A stretch of 63,999 bases of DNA, counting the filler, from Choristocarpus tenellus KU-1152 (taxonomy: Eukaryota; Protista; Phaeophyceae): assembly GCA_964200185.2 (NCBI GenBank). It is 16 parts of 16 records of this genome, joined end to end, with 100 filler letters (N's around TTAATTAATTAA, not from the genome) between each part and the next. Parts side by side here need not be neighbours in the genome. Positions count along the whole stretch, not along the records: positions 1 to 2,727 come from CAXNAD020025270.1; positions 2,828 to 5,779 come from CAXNAD020023418.1; positions 5,880 to 9,343 come from CAXNAD020019858.1; positions 9,444 to 15,454 come from CAXNAD020009175.1; 12 more parts are not named here. One strand, 5' to 3'. Made by a program: the position numbers and the translations under genes. Each line of letters opens with the position of its first letter. Within the stretch, counting starts at the first letter, position 1. Positions 1 through 14,500 of this stretch are shown here, piece after piece. The notes beneath the pieces are model-generated. The model was not told where the DNA came from. It was given only the letters and a program-made list of their open reading frames with translations, and did not search any database.

Positions 1-77
1 AAAAAAAAAAAAACAAACAAAAAAGATTGTGTTTTTAGCACCATACGATACGGAGTTTGGGGGGGAGGGAGAAGGGG

Positions 78-112
<35 letters not shown>

Positions 113-778
113 TTAAATGAAGATAGTTCACTCAGTTAATGACAACAGTCCCTAGGATTATTCTCATACAAAGCTATCCCCTGTAGATGTAACCCTAACC
201 CTAAAATTATATTCATGTCGAGGTCAACACAGACCAACAGGGTTTGTTTGATTTACTTCCCTGCCTCCGGATGCTTTTTCTCCCTCCACATTATCCATGA
301 AATACTCCCACAAATCAAATAATAAATTGCACATTGAAGTCCTTGCCTAGAGATATACACACTCTTGCAGTGCACACGAAAAAAGAATCAGAAAAAAAAC
401 ATATATATTTTCTTTTCCAACATTCTAACCCCCCCCCCCCTCCCCTCTGCTCTTTAAACAAAAAAAAACTCAATATTACCCTTTTACAGTACATGATAGC
501 ACACTACTTCAGATCAATTTAGGGTACATCTTTCCCTCTCCAACCCAAATTTGATTGTTGAAACTCAAATTGCACTAAAATGCAAACACTCTCTCCCCTA
601 CCTGACAAAAAAGTACAAGGGTTAGGGGTACTGGCATAGAGAAGAACATAAAAATACTACTACACTTACTTTTTTTTTTGCAAGGCCTTCCACATACAAA
701 GTTCTTCCCAAAAAGGACAACCTAAACTAGCATATAAGGGTGGGGTTTACAATCAATCCACTCAACAAAGAAACTTAC

Positions 779-2606
779 CTCTTTGCCTTCTTGGCCTTCT
801 CATCTGCAGCTTTGTGAAGATCAGCCTTTGGCTTCCATGTCTCCCCAGCAAAGGCCAGGGCGGAGGTGATATCATTGCTAACCACAAAGTTGTCCATCCA
901 AATACCCTGTTGCCAAGACAGAGTGCATGCAGTGACATGATTGAAGAAAAACACACATACATATATATATATATATGTATTCATCAACTTCAAAAAAAAA
1001 ATAGAACAAAGGAGGTTATCCATTTTACCCTCTGAAAGTTCCTGCAGAAAAAAATACAAAAACAAAATATCTGTCATTCCCCCTCCCCCAAACAGACAGT
1101 ATATACATAGAAACAAGTGTCACAGATTGTAGAAATAAAAATACAACACAAAAAATATAAGTGTATCTCTATCAGTCGCAGTACGACTATAACCCTAACC
1201 CTAACCCTACTACAATATCAAAGAGAAACATTTCCCAAAAAAATCTTGAGAGGACCATCCATCTTGTTCTATGCATACTACATCCAATGATAACTTCAAT
1301 CAATTAACAGTGCACTGTAAGAACAGACTACAAATATTACACCAAAAAGTCTTGGGGGGTCAAAGCATTTCAATATTTTACCATGGGCATCTATCAACAT
1401 GCCACCAAGCATTATTATCTTCCCCACTTAAAAAAAAGTTCATCATGCTTCAATACACAATATTCATGCTCAGCACATTTACAGATAATACAATAATACA
1501 AATTCAGAGTACTACAGATACAAACACAGAAATTTTCTTGACCGTGAATCTTAGGTTCAGAAGCTGTATAGCTGCACCATCCAGGCATGTTACATGACAC
1601 GGATCTTCCTTGACACGCCACCCAAGACCCCACAAACTCCGTGTACAAACAGAGCAGCGAAAAGGAACAAGCCTGACAATACTACTAGAATGACTAGAAT
1701 GATCACAATATGATAGTGATCGGGTTGCGGTTTATGAAGAGCATTGAACAAGGTAAAAGAAATGAAAACATTTAAAACAAACAAAAATGAAACATGATAC
1801 GTTATTTTTTTAACAGTCATTACTCTATTTCAAAGGAGGTACTGATACTACTGAGCATAATTCCAAACAATGACCAAGCTCTCAAGAAAAAAGCCATGCA
1901 CCAATTAATTTTTTTTTGTAAACACTCTGAATTTAAAATGTACAAGTCTCTTACCCTCACCAAATGAACACTAGACCGAAAATAGATAAGGGTTAGGGTT
2001 AGGGTTAGAGATAACACACTGGCTATCTCCAGGCAAGAGAGGGTAGACGAAAGTAATAAAAAATAAATTACCCTTTAAAACAATGAGTTAAAGCAACCCA
2101 CTATATATATATATAGTAAGGGCCATCCTCATTGACTAAGAGCATTCTCACTACTATATTGCTGAATATTTTCCCAAAACACTTATCAGGTACTACAGAC
2201 CACCATGGTATTCCTACAAAAAAAGATATATATTTTTTGTGTCTTTATTTGATCAACATAACAAATTCAATCCCAAACGCTCTCTCAATAAAAATAAAAA
2301 TAAACCGTTCACATCTCACCGCTGCACAATTTTTATCTGTTCTTTTTGTTTCCATCCAACAAGAACAGTTTTACACATGCAAACAACAAACATTTTTTTT
2401 TTTTACAATTCTGTTTTCTTCAACAAAAAATGTTCTCTTTAGTTTAGTTTGGCATAGTAAGAAAATGAAATCCACACAAGAGATGGCGTCAGGCCCATGT
2501 AGAGGAGTGTGCTCTCACTCACCCCATCAATGGTCCAGATCTCCACCGACACTCCAGCCATAGGAGCAAGGTTGGCAGGGTTTTTGTCTTCGAAGAAGTT
2601 GGGGTT
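779..2606 (-). CDS. CANX: Calnexin (partial, two internal exons)
   Basis: Exons 2606-2523 and 906-779 with AG/GT boundaries splice in phase to NPNFFEDKNPANLAPMAGVSVEIWTIDG|GIWMDNFVVSNDITSALAFAGETWKPKADLHKAADEKAKKAK. This matches the calnexin segment after the P domain (NPxFFED...ELW...FDN...W). Confidence 0.88.
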
Positions 2607-2727
2607 CTGTTCAGAAAATAAGACGAAAAACAGGAATTAAATACATGTTAATCTAGGTTAGAGACATGGTTAGATTAATAAGAACAAAGGAGATGGAATT
2701 GGAGGTGTTTGCACATGGGGTGGGGGG

Positions 2728-2827
2728 NNNNNNNNNNNNNNNNNNNNNNNNNNNNNNNNNNNNNNNNNNNNTTAATTAATTAANNNNNNNNNNNNNNNNN
2801 NNNNNNNNNNNNNNNNNNNNNNNNNNN
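2728..2827. other. Artificial contig-joining spacer (first of 15)
   Basis: N44+TTAATTAATTAA+N44 (stops in all frames). Identical 100-bp spacers start at 2728, 5780, 9344, 15455, 18370, 22128, 24877, 28596, 33215, 38580, 41591, 46813, 50185, 52913 and 61354. Confidence 0.98.
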
Positions 2828-2883
2828 TTTTTATTTTATTTATCTTTTTCCCCTCCCCCCCCCCCCCCCCAAAAAAAAAAAAC

Positions 2884-2922
<39 letters not shown>

Positions 2923-3492
2923 TGACCTGGCCGTCTACGCACATCAAAAAAGTAATTCCAGACATGAATGTGCAGCAGCAATCTTAGTGCCTAGGCTGTG
3001 TTGTATATCACAAACGTTCATCGCGAGCAAAATAAATTGGAGGGAAATTAAGCACCAGTGGCAGCCCACCACCACCTTCCATAACAAACCCTCCACATCT
3101 CTCCTCCACACAGTTCACACAAGCAAAACCCGGGAGCGATTAATCAATTCCCACCCCCTCCCCAGCTCGTATCCAGGCAGAAAACACTTTCCATCCTACA
3201 CTATTTCTTACTCTAGAGTCAGGTTGCCTCTCTATTCTCAAAACATAACAAACACAACACACAAAAAAAGAATTCCGTACAGGAGGGGGAGGGGATCCTT
3301 CTCAACCTGTGGGTCACCCCCAAACCACCATCCATGCTCCCTAGATAACAATACCTCCGATACTCACGGTGGGTAACATTTCAAAAACATTGAACACAGG
3401 GGCAGGGCGGAGGAAAAGTGAGTTTCAAAACACAATCAGCTGATCCTTGCCATGAACCTTGATAGCTGCCGAGCATTTCACAAGACATTCCT

Positions 3493-3523
<31 letters not shown>

Positions 3524-5439
3524 CACCCCACACAAAACACCAACAACACNNNNNNNNNNACAAGACATTCCTCCCCCCCCCTCCTCCCCCCCCAACCATC
3601 AATACCACGCAGTATGCATGTAACGCAGCCCTCTCCTCTTCCTCCTTCAACAGACATAAATACTGACTCGAATGTATCGAACAAAAAGCAACCTCAAGGC
3701 GTTGACATCCCAATACCACACAAAAGGCATATCCCTAGCTCGTTCCTGTCACCTCTCCCACATGCACACACACAGACACATTCACTCAGCAAAACCCAAC
3801 TCAACAAATCATATTTTTTGCGGGGCTAGCTTGCTCAATCTCTCCCCCAGAAGAGATGGACCAAGAGATTCCTAGCGATAAGAAATGGTAACATCAAAAC
3901 GCATTTGCGGCAGTGGCATCTTCACAGAAATAAAGACCAGAAACCAAGTACAACAACAGATCATTTCCTCCTCCCTCCATGTGACCTCCCCTCCTCATCC
4001 TCACCCTCACCAATACCTTTTTTCTGTGGTTAATACATTTAACAAAGCCTATCAATGGGGGGGGGGGGGGGGGGAGGGAGTAGTTAAGGCTTGGGATGAA
4101 GTACATGACAACCGCACCTCCAAAACTTCCCTAGTTTTGTGGGCTACAGAACCTTCCCCAATTCACGCCTGCCATCCGACCCTGCATCTCAAAAAGAAAA
4201 CAGGAACAAATTATCAGATTCGAAAATACAAGTCCAAAGCAGCCTGTACATAGGCAAGCACTCCACCAACCTCCAACAACTCCCACCACCCCAAAATTCC
4301 CAGCGTTGCAAAATTGAATCAGAAAAGAAAACAACACCAAGAAGTAGAATGATGACACAAAACAAATCTCCCGAAGTCATGAACGCATTCAACATCCCAA
4401 GATGACTGACCCCAGCCACTATGCTCCTGACATGTAACTGTCAGCCAAGAGATTCTCCGAAATGAATCTTGTAGCTCTCTGGCTCAAAAATTCGTGCTGA
4501 AGGCTACGCAAACATAGTAAGAGTCGACACTGCCACGCAAGCAATGATCACACGGCCCAGGGCCTGCATGACCCAAGCTGTAGAGGAGTAAAAGCACGAG
4601 CAAAGAAGAACTGCCACTCATAACCAAAGAACAAAGGACAAAAAACCTTCTGGACGGTGCTCCTTAAATCATCATGCACATACCTCAATACCCAATCAGA
4701 CAGCCTTGAACAATCAAACAGTACCCTTACTTTCTTAACAAAAAACGAGGCTGTTGCAAATCATGGGACACAGTGGAATCTCGACAGGCAAGCAATACTC
4801 GCTTCCCTCACAGCCCCCCCCCTTCACAGTACCCCACCATAACAAACTAAGCATAAAACATAAAATGTGTCGTGTGTACAACCCAATGCTGGCTGAACAT
4901 TACTCCAGAAAAAGGATATAAAGGCATATACAGTGGTAGGCAGATCACAGGCAACAGAACATAAAGATCATATTGTCTCTCCCCCACCTCCAAACACTCT
5001 CCCTCCCTCCAAGAGGGACCTCACTATAACACAGCCAAGCTCAGCCCAAGGCACACAAGGTGCAATCAAGAGCTCTCACTCGTCACCAACGAGACGATGT
5101 ACTGCATCGCCTCAAGATACATAACCCTCAGGGAGGGGGGCGATCAATTGACAGGTTGGGCATAGGGCATAGGGGGAGACCAGTAGGGGGCAGGGGGCAG
5201 CACCAGGAGATTCAAATCAACCATGTATCAACCATGGATGGTTGATACAGAACAAAATATTGCTGACCAACTGCAGACTTACAAGCATCCTTCCTCTTCC
5301 AGACGGACTTTTACACAAGTTGATCCTTCCCTCCCCCCCCCCCCCCCCCCTCCCTTGTGTGATAATTCTGTCTGCACGCCTGCCAGTCCCCTCCACTTTT
5401 TGCCACCAATCGCAACATGACACACCCAGGCCCTACTAG

Positions 5440-5779
5440 CTAGCGCTTGGGTGCACTTCTGATCTTCTTATCACTTCCCCTCCGGACCCTCGCAGAAGGC
5501 GGGGCAGGGGGGACATTGTCAAGGTCACTCGAGATGAAGCCCAAACTGACTGGAAAATCACTTATGGTTCGACGGTGACCATTCTGATTCTGGGTCTCAA
5601 CCTCGGCATCTGATGCGGCAGCACTGTCAATCACGAGTGCGCCAGGGGAACTTGGGCTGGCATTGTTGAAGGAGCGGGCATCCTCTTGTGGGTCTTCCCC
5701 TGACGGCGTCGCTGCTGGTGCTGTTGAGGCTGACAATAGGGGGGCAATGGGCGGTGTGGACGCCCTGGACATTTCCGAC
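5440..5779 (-). CDS. Probable terminal exon of an unknown gene (Ser/Pro/Ala-rich, disordered)
   Basis: Locally GC-rich ORF open from the contig edge to a stop at 5440; no recognisable domain. Confidence 0.35.
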
Positions 5780-5879
5780 NNNNNNNNNNNNNNNNNNNNN
5801 NNNNNNNNNNNNNNNNNNNNNNNTTAATTAATTAANNNNNNNNNNNNNNNNNNNNNNNNNNNNNNNNNNNNNNNNNNNN

Positions 5880-5921
5880 CCCAAATGGACAGCCACCACC
5901 CCCTCCCAGATACTTTGAGCC
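5880..5921. mobile_element. MITE family B end (cut by contig start)
   Basis: CCCAAATGGAC...C-rich tract...AGATACTTTGAGCC terminus. Confidence 0.8.
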
Positions 5922-7306
5922 TTTACTCAAGCTGACCTTGGGAAATAACATCATATATTGGGTTGAAGTAGCTCGATTGAACTCTATGTACGCACACTGA
6001 GAAAAATCTCTCTGACTCGAAAGGAGGCTCTCTGGTAGGGAATATTCTTCCAACCTTTCTCGTGCAATCCGAAGCCATGAATGTGTAATGAGTTGTGGTT
6101 AGTGACACCTTGTGACCAATGCACTAGGTTTGTGGTTCTGTGAACTCCCAGACGTTCAGTCATACATCTGGTTATATTTTGAAAAAAAAATGAACCAGAG
6201 CATTTTCTGTTCAGTTGTTCGGTTATTCCTAATATTAATTACGAAGTAAAATTAATGTAACTGAGGTCACCTTCATATCAATCGTTATGTAATGCGACGT
6301 GCTGGCAATTACTTTGTATCGAATGATATCATGCAATTGCTGTTGTTATTACCACTCTTTTTTTGTTGCATTAATTAAATGTGTGTCCCGGTGCTGTTAT
6401 TGGTGCAGTGGACATCTTGTTGGAGGGATCGGATATGCTCGCATGACTCAATGAGACCAGAGAAAACAGAGGTAGCTATTGTGTGGGACAATTCTCAAGC
6501 TTCACGCCATACTCTACCCACTTGGTTAGCTTTCACTTACAGAAAACCCCGCTTCTTGTCTTATCTGACAGCAGGACAGGAACTGCAAGGATCAGTACAA
6601 GAATGTGTGGGAATATCTTCCATTTTTGTTGGAGGAGTGTTTGCGCTACTTGTTTTCCACACCTGAGTAAGTAAAAAGAGAAAGATAACAACTGATACCC
6701 GAGTGCTCAAAATGGACCATGAAACCATAGAATGAAGTCTAGTGTACTCAAGAACTTGTGTAGTGGTGAAATAATGGATCAGGGATCGTGCCAACATGGC
6801 CTTTGGCAGCGGAGCATCCCTCCGACAGTGTGCAAATAAAGTGAGAGGCTTGGTGTTGGCGAGTTTCTACAGGAAGTTCTATGCTCTTTCCCGATAAGCA
6901 AGAACGTCAATTAATGACTTCTACGAACTAGATCATGCCATTTGCACCTGCAGCGCCACCATCGCACGAAGAAGACAACAGGAAGATGCGCTGATGCTCA
7001 GGATATTTTGTAGAACTAGCTGTGATGAGCTCCAGCCTTGCTTTGGTTGTCCGTCCCTACTGGGGGGAGAGTTTGTCTCAGGAGGAACATAAGGGAAAAT
7101 AGTTTCGATAGCAGTTGTCGGGCATTGATTCACTTGTTTTGTTCATGTCTGAAAGACTCGATTCAGTGCCAGCCCATGAAACTGACGTGGTTGCGGCCGT
7201 TGTACCTCTAATTTAGCACAAAGTCTTGGATTCTCCCTGTCTGTGTGTGTAGCTTCAGCTGGGATGGGTTCCATTCCTGCTGGGCGATAGTACTCTGAAG
7301 ATTGGA

Positions 7307-7552
7307 GAGCCAAAGTATCTTAGAGGGTAGGTCCGGGTCCATTTGGGGGCCAAAACCCAATGTTGCGGTTTTGATGTAATTCTGGCTATCGTGTTTGTTA
7401 GAAAGTATCAATATCCTTGTTCTGGACACACCTTTTCATATCATACATTTTACCTACTCTTGGAGTAGGAAAATGCCATTTAAAAAAACATGGGAAGCCA
7501 AGCCCCAAATGGACAGAGGGCAAACCTCGTACCCTCTAAGATACTTTCACTC
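7307..7552. mobile_element. MITE family A, full copy (~245 bp)
   Basis: TIRs GAGCCAAAGTATCTTAGAGGGTA / TACCCTCTAAGATACTTTCACTC; 3-bp TSD GGA; internal sequence homologous, in inverted orientation, to copies at 49081, 51784 and 59076. Confidence 0.92.
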
Positions 7553-9300
7553 GGAGAGAAATTGCTCTTGCTAATAGTTCTTGAATCCTTGCATGCATTT
7601 TATGTTTTAATCTGGCTCATGCTGGTTTTTGTGGCTTATCTTGTTTGCCACGCGAACGAATAACATGATGATAGACCATAGCACTTCGTTGCATTTATTG
7701 TTTGGATACGCATACAAAAATATTTGTTAGGTATACTGGCTGTGGGTGGGACTGTACATGTATGGTCTGTGAGCTCTGAAGCTCTGCCTCTTTCTCTATT
7801 TTTTCTTGCTGCTTTATGTGTACTACTTCAAGCTGCTTGTTATATGTTAGCAATACCTACTCCTATAAGGAAGATTAGTGGATCCCATAGGAGGGAGAGT
7901 TAGTGGTAGGATCCACAATATCACTTAGTGTCATTTGCCTTTCTACAAATTGTGCCCTGTGCTCATATTTTATCTGAATTCTTGTAGTAGTGAGTAATGA
8001 AGTTTCCTTTTTTGATATTAAAACTTGATTTGACACTTCAACAGTACACTTCTCCGGGAGTTATTTTTTACTCTTTGTTTGGATAAGAAGAAATGCCTTT
8101 GTGTGTGTATATATGCCATCACATTATTTTTGTAATGACCAGTGTGTACATGGCAAGAGATTTCACTTGAGGTCTATTCAATTATGTTCTTATTTTCTCA
8201 TTAAACGAGAGTGGGTACTATGTGTCCACAATGACTGCGATCCAACTCAAAGATGGACATATTCAAAAGGAAACAAATGCGCAGTGGACAAGTATTCGTA
8301 CAAGCAAGTTCATTGTTTACTAGTCCAGTATTGCCTATCAAGCACGTTGCTTTGTGGGATTGTGCTGAGAGGGTGTTTCATTTGACACTAGGACCATAAT
8401 CACATCTCATACATATAGGGGTTTCAACACTGATGGGAACTCTTGCCACCAAGAAAAGACCAGATCCCTCTCTCTAAGGACCAGTTCTGCGCCTTACAAA
8501 TCATAAGATGTGCACCCAAAATCGATGACCAGCTGATGTAACATTATTCTGGAGGACATCGACCTCAAATCTGACAAGCTCAATAGCAACCTACAACAAA
8601 ATACGAACAAAAATAACACCACTGTCAAATAACTTTCACCATTCTGTAATTCGAAGTAACAATATCTTCAACCCAAAGACTTCTAAAAATTGCTTTTTAA
8701 TTGTACAACTACCTGGAGAAAAAGTATTTGTTCTTAGGTTCTACTACATGGTACATGACATGGCACATCCATGGTGGATCCAGCAACATTCACTTCTCTC
8801 TGATACCACATCAACAAACCAATCCCCCTTGCAATTAAATCTCGTCACCAGAATTCAAACGACTCATGTTCGAGACATTAAGCATGTACTTGAGCACGCG
8901 AAAAAGCATGCCTGAGAGTAGTGTATACTCAGTTTAACTGCTTGCAAGCATATTTATGACGGAGGCAAATGATCTTTCAAGATCAGCATGGGCCAACGCC
9001 TTAGTACCTGATGTCTGTTTGAGTCAGCTAAGCTCTCAAAACAACTGTTACTTACGGGAAAAAGGGGGGGAACGACAAACGAAGCAAAAATGCAGCTCAG
9101 GTGTATTGAGATTCATGACAGGTGCTACTTGAGAACCTTAACCCACATGGGTTGAACTGCCGAGTAAACAAACAATATTGAAACGATGCATTCCTTCCAC
9201 AAATATTACAGATAGAACTCATCATTCTCTGTGTATCTATACAGTAAAGAACTGAATCATGCTAACATTATGGAAAAGAAGGTCAATACACCCTCATCTG

Positions 9301-9343
9301 GGCTCAAAGTATATATGGGGGGGGTGGCGGCTGACCATTTGGG
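9301..9343. mobile_element. MITE family B end (cut by contig end)
   Basis: GGCTCAAAGTAT...G-tract...GACCATTTGGG. Confidence 0.75.
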
Positions 9344-10152
9344 NNNNNNNNNNNNNNNNNNNNNNNNNNNNNNNNNNNNNNNNNNNNTTAATTAATTAAN
9401 NNNNNNNNNNNNNNNNNNNNNNNNNNNNNNNNNNNNNNNNNNNCAGAATTAAAAACTTCAAGCTTTTAAAAAAAAACTATATTTTAGCCCTGTGCTGTTG
9501 TGGCCTTATTCTTCCCCTCCCTGTTATTCTCTTGCGATATATTACAAGTCCAACAACTTGCATGAGAAAATAGATAAGTGCAGATCGGCGTATTGGACAG
9601 ACAGGGTGGAATGGGGGGAGCATATCGCTTTGCCCGATATATCGGGCATGACTGAGATATTCATACAAAGAGGTCGATCATCATAATATTATGATGACAT
9701 TATTATTACTTACATGCACTCTGCACTAATGTTAGCTTCTTCTACCTGGCGACGATAACAATTATTGATACACAATCTAATAATATGGGAAAATAACACT
9801 TCTTCTCTTCTTATCAGTCAAACTACCATAATGATGATGAAACCCCGTCCCTAAAGAAACTACTTCGAAGTACTATTTTTTCCTATCGCATCCACCATCG
9901 ACAGTCAAACGACTCCACCAACCGCACTAATTATTCAAGCAAGCAAGCCAACACAGGGCATATCTTTGCACAATGATCAAACGAAATCATTGCCGCCCCC
10001 TACACACTGTACTACTACCACCTTTGGCACAGATTCCCATTCAAAAAGGGGCCCTTAAAAAGTGCCGAAACATTTCTTAAAAAAACATACCGGTACTTTT
10101 TCCGCACCATTTTCAGTCAAACCCATCCTCAATTCTTAAAATCCACTGTTAT

Positions 10153-10266
10153 ATGACGATTTTTGGGTGAATTTGGTTGCATTCATCAGATGGATATTGT
10201 AAGTGCACTTCTCCCGATTAGCGCCCAAATGGAGACCCTGGTGTAGATTCCCCCCAGATACTTTGA
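10153..10266. mobile_element. MITE family B, degraded partial copy
   Basis: TTTGGTTGCAT...GTAAGTGCACTT...ACCCTGGTGTAGA...CCCCCAGATACTTTGA matches the family B interior and right TIR. Confidence 0.8.
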
Positions 10267-11597
10267 TAAAATGAAAAAAGAGTGCCACCTGTAATATACA
10301 ATAAAAAAAACTGAAGTATGTCCACTATTGTGGACTGGCTCACAAACAACAAAAGAATAGTGCTGTCTGTGCTCAGGATTCAAAGTGTAAGTAAAACTGC
10401 ATACAAAAGAAATGGATGGGTACATAATGAAAAAAAACGATTAGCGTTGATAATATGTGCAGTTTTATTTTTATTATTACTTCAACTCCCTGACTGGAGG
10501 TCCTATTTGTTCCTTGTCACCTTGTTCATCACATAGTATCTCCTATCGCCACCCCTTCCTACTCTTGTGATATGCTCCCTGATCCATAGGGACCTTATTC
10601 CTGCTTTTATTATTAAAATAGCGCTATATCTAACTTGGATTGGAATTGTTTAAGGTGCATATTTTTACGCAACTAAAGGCTGAGCTAGTTGAGCTCGGAG
10701 TATACAACAAAATACAAAAAATGGTTATTTGCTAATCAATACTGCTAGATATGAGTCCTAGCCACCCACCAACCAACTCATACTGTTTGCCATGGAGTTA
10801 TCATCTTGTACCTGATAGCCCCCAATAACCAGGTGATTGCTCTCACAGGGAGGGCAGGGACTACCCAGAATGGCACTACAACACGATCACCTCCGTCTCA
10901 TTACCTCTTGACATGTATTCACTACCTCGTCATCAATGTATGTTAAACGTGCGGGTCCATATGTCAGACACTACATCACCCACTACTACCTATACACATA
11001 AGAGTAGTGTGTATAATAAGAAAACAGTTCAACATACTGTATGTGTGATTTGTACGTAAGTCCTCAACTACTCTAACACATCACCATACCTCTGGCCTAA
11101 CATTGGGTGGGTTGATCAACCAAGAAGGCTAAAGTAGATGTCACCTTACAGGGTTTTGGCATAGCTACTCTGGAGTCGTGCAGTAAGTGATATTTCCCCA
11201 GTACACTTAGAAGAAGGAAACTTCACACCAAACAAGCCTAATTTAGGCACAGGAAAATAAAAAACGAGTAGATAGGAATGTGATACTGCATCATAGTGCC
11301 ATGGCGCCACCAGAGCAAACAAGAAAATGATACATGTAACTTAGATGCAAAAGAAGAGCACCCTGACACAAAGATAACTAGGGATAGATAAGTTAACATA
11401 CAGGAAGAGCATCTGTCCACGCAATTTTTTTTTATCCAGCTAAAACCCTTCCACTGCATGTTGATGCGACCATCAATCTTGCACAGCTGGTCAAAGCTTG
11501 TTGGATCATCTTGTTCATGTAGAAACACACACATTCTTGCGTATGGGGCATACACACAAGCACACACACACACACACACACAACCTTGCTGCAGCAT

Positions 11598-14500
11598 TCA
11601 TTTTACAGCAATGAAACACACACCATGAATTGCTTCTTCTGTTGCTCTCATGAGATCATCCTCATCCTCAGGCACAAACACTGCCAGAAAAAGGGAATAA
11701 CAAGCATTGAGTGGGATAAATAAGGAGCACATCCATGAACAAGCGATATCAATAACAATAACAATAATAAAGTTTTCCTAAGCGGGACAGAACAAATCAA
11801 TAACAAGGTACTGCTGAGCAACAGATACAGGAAGGGCGCACACTGCACACCACATCAATGACACCACAAGGAACCTACAACAATAAAACTCTAGCTCTAC
11901 TAAAGCTCTGCACTGCAGTATATATGATGACTGCACGTAAAGTTGGCATGCATCAAATTCACACAAAAAAAATCACACAAACATACCTACATCGGTAGCC
12001 CCTTCATGACTACTACTCACATTTATTGCTCTTCTGCCTTTCATCTCTGAAGTTTTCCCCACTCTCCTCTGCCTTTGCAGTCCATCTAGCCGAAATCTTC
12101 CTCGAAACTAGCTGTAACATGTTAGCAACAGACCCCTGGCAGACAGTCACCAGGAGAGTATCTGGTGGTAGCCTTTCAAACAGCTCTGAGAGTGCTCTAT
12201 CGATCTAAGGTTAGGACAGATCCTCCCCACAGTCCATCCACAACAAAGGAAATCACAGATGAAAATTGTCACAGGACCACAAAAACACATCAATCGGAAA
12301 GAGCCAAGGCACAGGAGGGATGGTGGGGAAAGGGGAACCAGACAGCAAGTAGGTTGATTTCTGGGACAAGAGGAGGGATGCGCTGTATGGAGTGAGGACA
12401 AGAGTGCAAACACAAGAGCACTTCAAAGGAACAGAGTTAACTCCATCAACGTTTACCATACAAGAGAGGTACGACCCAGGAGAAAGCAATATTACAATAT
12501 ATATATATATTTGCACACTATTGAAGAGGTCCAGCATCAATACACCACAGAAAAATCCAAATTGCACTATCAACTCAAGCACTAATTCTCCTCAAACCAA
12601 GCCACTAACCCCAGCTATGCCCATCCCAAACCACCAACTCCAGGCCTGCACTTCATTACCCACCTCGCTCAGCAATCGCCAGTTCCCCCCCTCCCCCGGA
12701 ACCTCTTTACCATCCCTAAACGCTGTCCCCCTCCCCATGTCAAAAGGCGAGCTAGCACAAGGGAAGTCTACCCAGAGTAGATCTGGAACTCCAATAAAAT
12801 TCGCCACAGAAATGCCTGCAGCTGGTGGTGGGTTGGTGCTGGCATCGGAAAGGACCCCATTGCTGGAACGGACTTCTTGTCCTAATGATGATGGGTCATC
12901 TCTCCTTGTTGCATCCAACAGACTACTTGGATGCAAGGCAGCAAAAGCATCACGAACCATATCACCAGCACTCATGTATCCCACAGCTTTCATGGTCACC
13001 TGCTCTGGCTGTAACAACACATACGCGAGGTGCATGTTGGTCAAGGTGATTTAGGGTCAGCACTAGGGCCATCAGGGTAGACCTTTAGCGAGGGTTGGGC
13101 TCTGAGTCTTAACGTGGATTGGTACTTGGCTAGAGTGGAGGCTGGTTGGTCCTTTTTTCCCATCTTGCTCATTAGGAGTGGCATGCTCCATCCCAGAACC
13201 AGCCAGCACAAGCATAGCGGGAACCTCTATGGAGTGTATTCCAGACTGTTCCTAAATTCTATGTTGTAACAGCAAACAATGTCCATGTTGTACTGTAGTC
13301 AACAATTACACGACATTGGCATCTCAAGTCTATACGGAGGAACTACCATGGACAAGGCAAATGAACACACTCAATAGATAGAACACATTCCAACTGCAGC
13401 TCACACACCACGGCAGGGGCCTGCATGGCAGCCCAGACCGCATCCTGCTCTCTCCCATAGCCACAGTTGCACCTTGTCCAAACCCTGGACTCGTTGGGGT
13501 GATCAGCAGATGCTCTGGCGAGGTAGTCGCCCAGCACCATGCACCTAGTGGACCACGCGAAAATTGCAAGGGATTTCGGTGAATGAGACGTGAGCATACA
13601 GGGGAGGGGCATCGAGTCCCTAGTGCTGTGTGTGTGGGGGGCAGAAAGTATGATGGAGCAATTAGAATAGAGTATAAGAACAGCCTATCAGCCATTACAA
13701 TCAGGAGTTGCTCTTGTCCATGTCCAACCCATGGAATACATTTTTAGTCACATTCCATCCTGGAAGATAACATGCTGGGTCGGTGAATAAATTTGGCAAA
13801 ATTGAGGGGGGAAACCCTAACCCCTAACCTGTGGGAGCGGGAAGCAACTGTTGAGGCACAGGAAGCGCTCCATCCATTTTCAAGAGGTCATGCTCCTATA
13901 CAAAGTAAGGTCTCTAGACTCCAGGCCATTTCCTCAGTATGCATTCATCAGTGACAACTCGAACAGCTCCTGATGGCAACTCAAAGAGACTTTCCTCCTT
14001 GCAAACAGTCTAACCATGCTCACCCCCCTACCTCCTGAATTCCTTCACATCGTGTACTATATCTCTTCTCACAGTACGGTCCAATCTCCTGGCGACACAA
14101 TCATCCAAACAGGACAATCTTTGACTACTTGCTCCCCTCACGCACCTGACTGGTCCCTGGGTTCTCCTGCTCAGCTTGTCAAAGATTGTCTCACGAGCTG
14201 GAACAGAGTTTTCAGCCCAGGGAGGGGGAATTCCAAACTCTGGACCCCTAACATAGAGGATGATTTAAATTCGTTTGTCATGAAAAAAAGCAGAACAGGG
14301 AGAAGGCAAGCTTGCAAGGATATCCACATGTGCGATGCTTAAATCATTTTAGGTGTTAGCAGTGCTAGTGAATGTCACTCAGGTGGCGTGTTGGACGTGT
14401 GGCAAGGGTAGAGCTCAAGTGTGCAAGTCATTGTACAATGTGCACACAACTCCAAGTGTACACTATGTGCCAATGTAGAAGGGGGTGGTGGAATCATATG

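Noticed and set aside
2772-2783. Recurring TTAATTAATTAA motif
   Set aside because: Always centred in identical N blocks; it is an artificial linker.
3479-3592. Direct repeat ACAAGACATTCCTCCCC on both sides of a 10-N gap
   Set aside because: Most likely an unmerged overlap at a poly-C run; similar artefacts occur at ~21398 and ~27758.
6409-7092. Exon-like segments (WEYLPFLLEECLRYLFSTP...)
   Set aside because: Contains an in-frame stop and has no confident family; possibly a decayed transposon or pseudogene.
12392-13054. 220-aa plus-strand ORF and most other short ORFs in the track
   Set aside because: Antisense shadows of real exons or chance ORFs in low-complexity intronic DNA.
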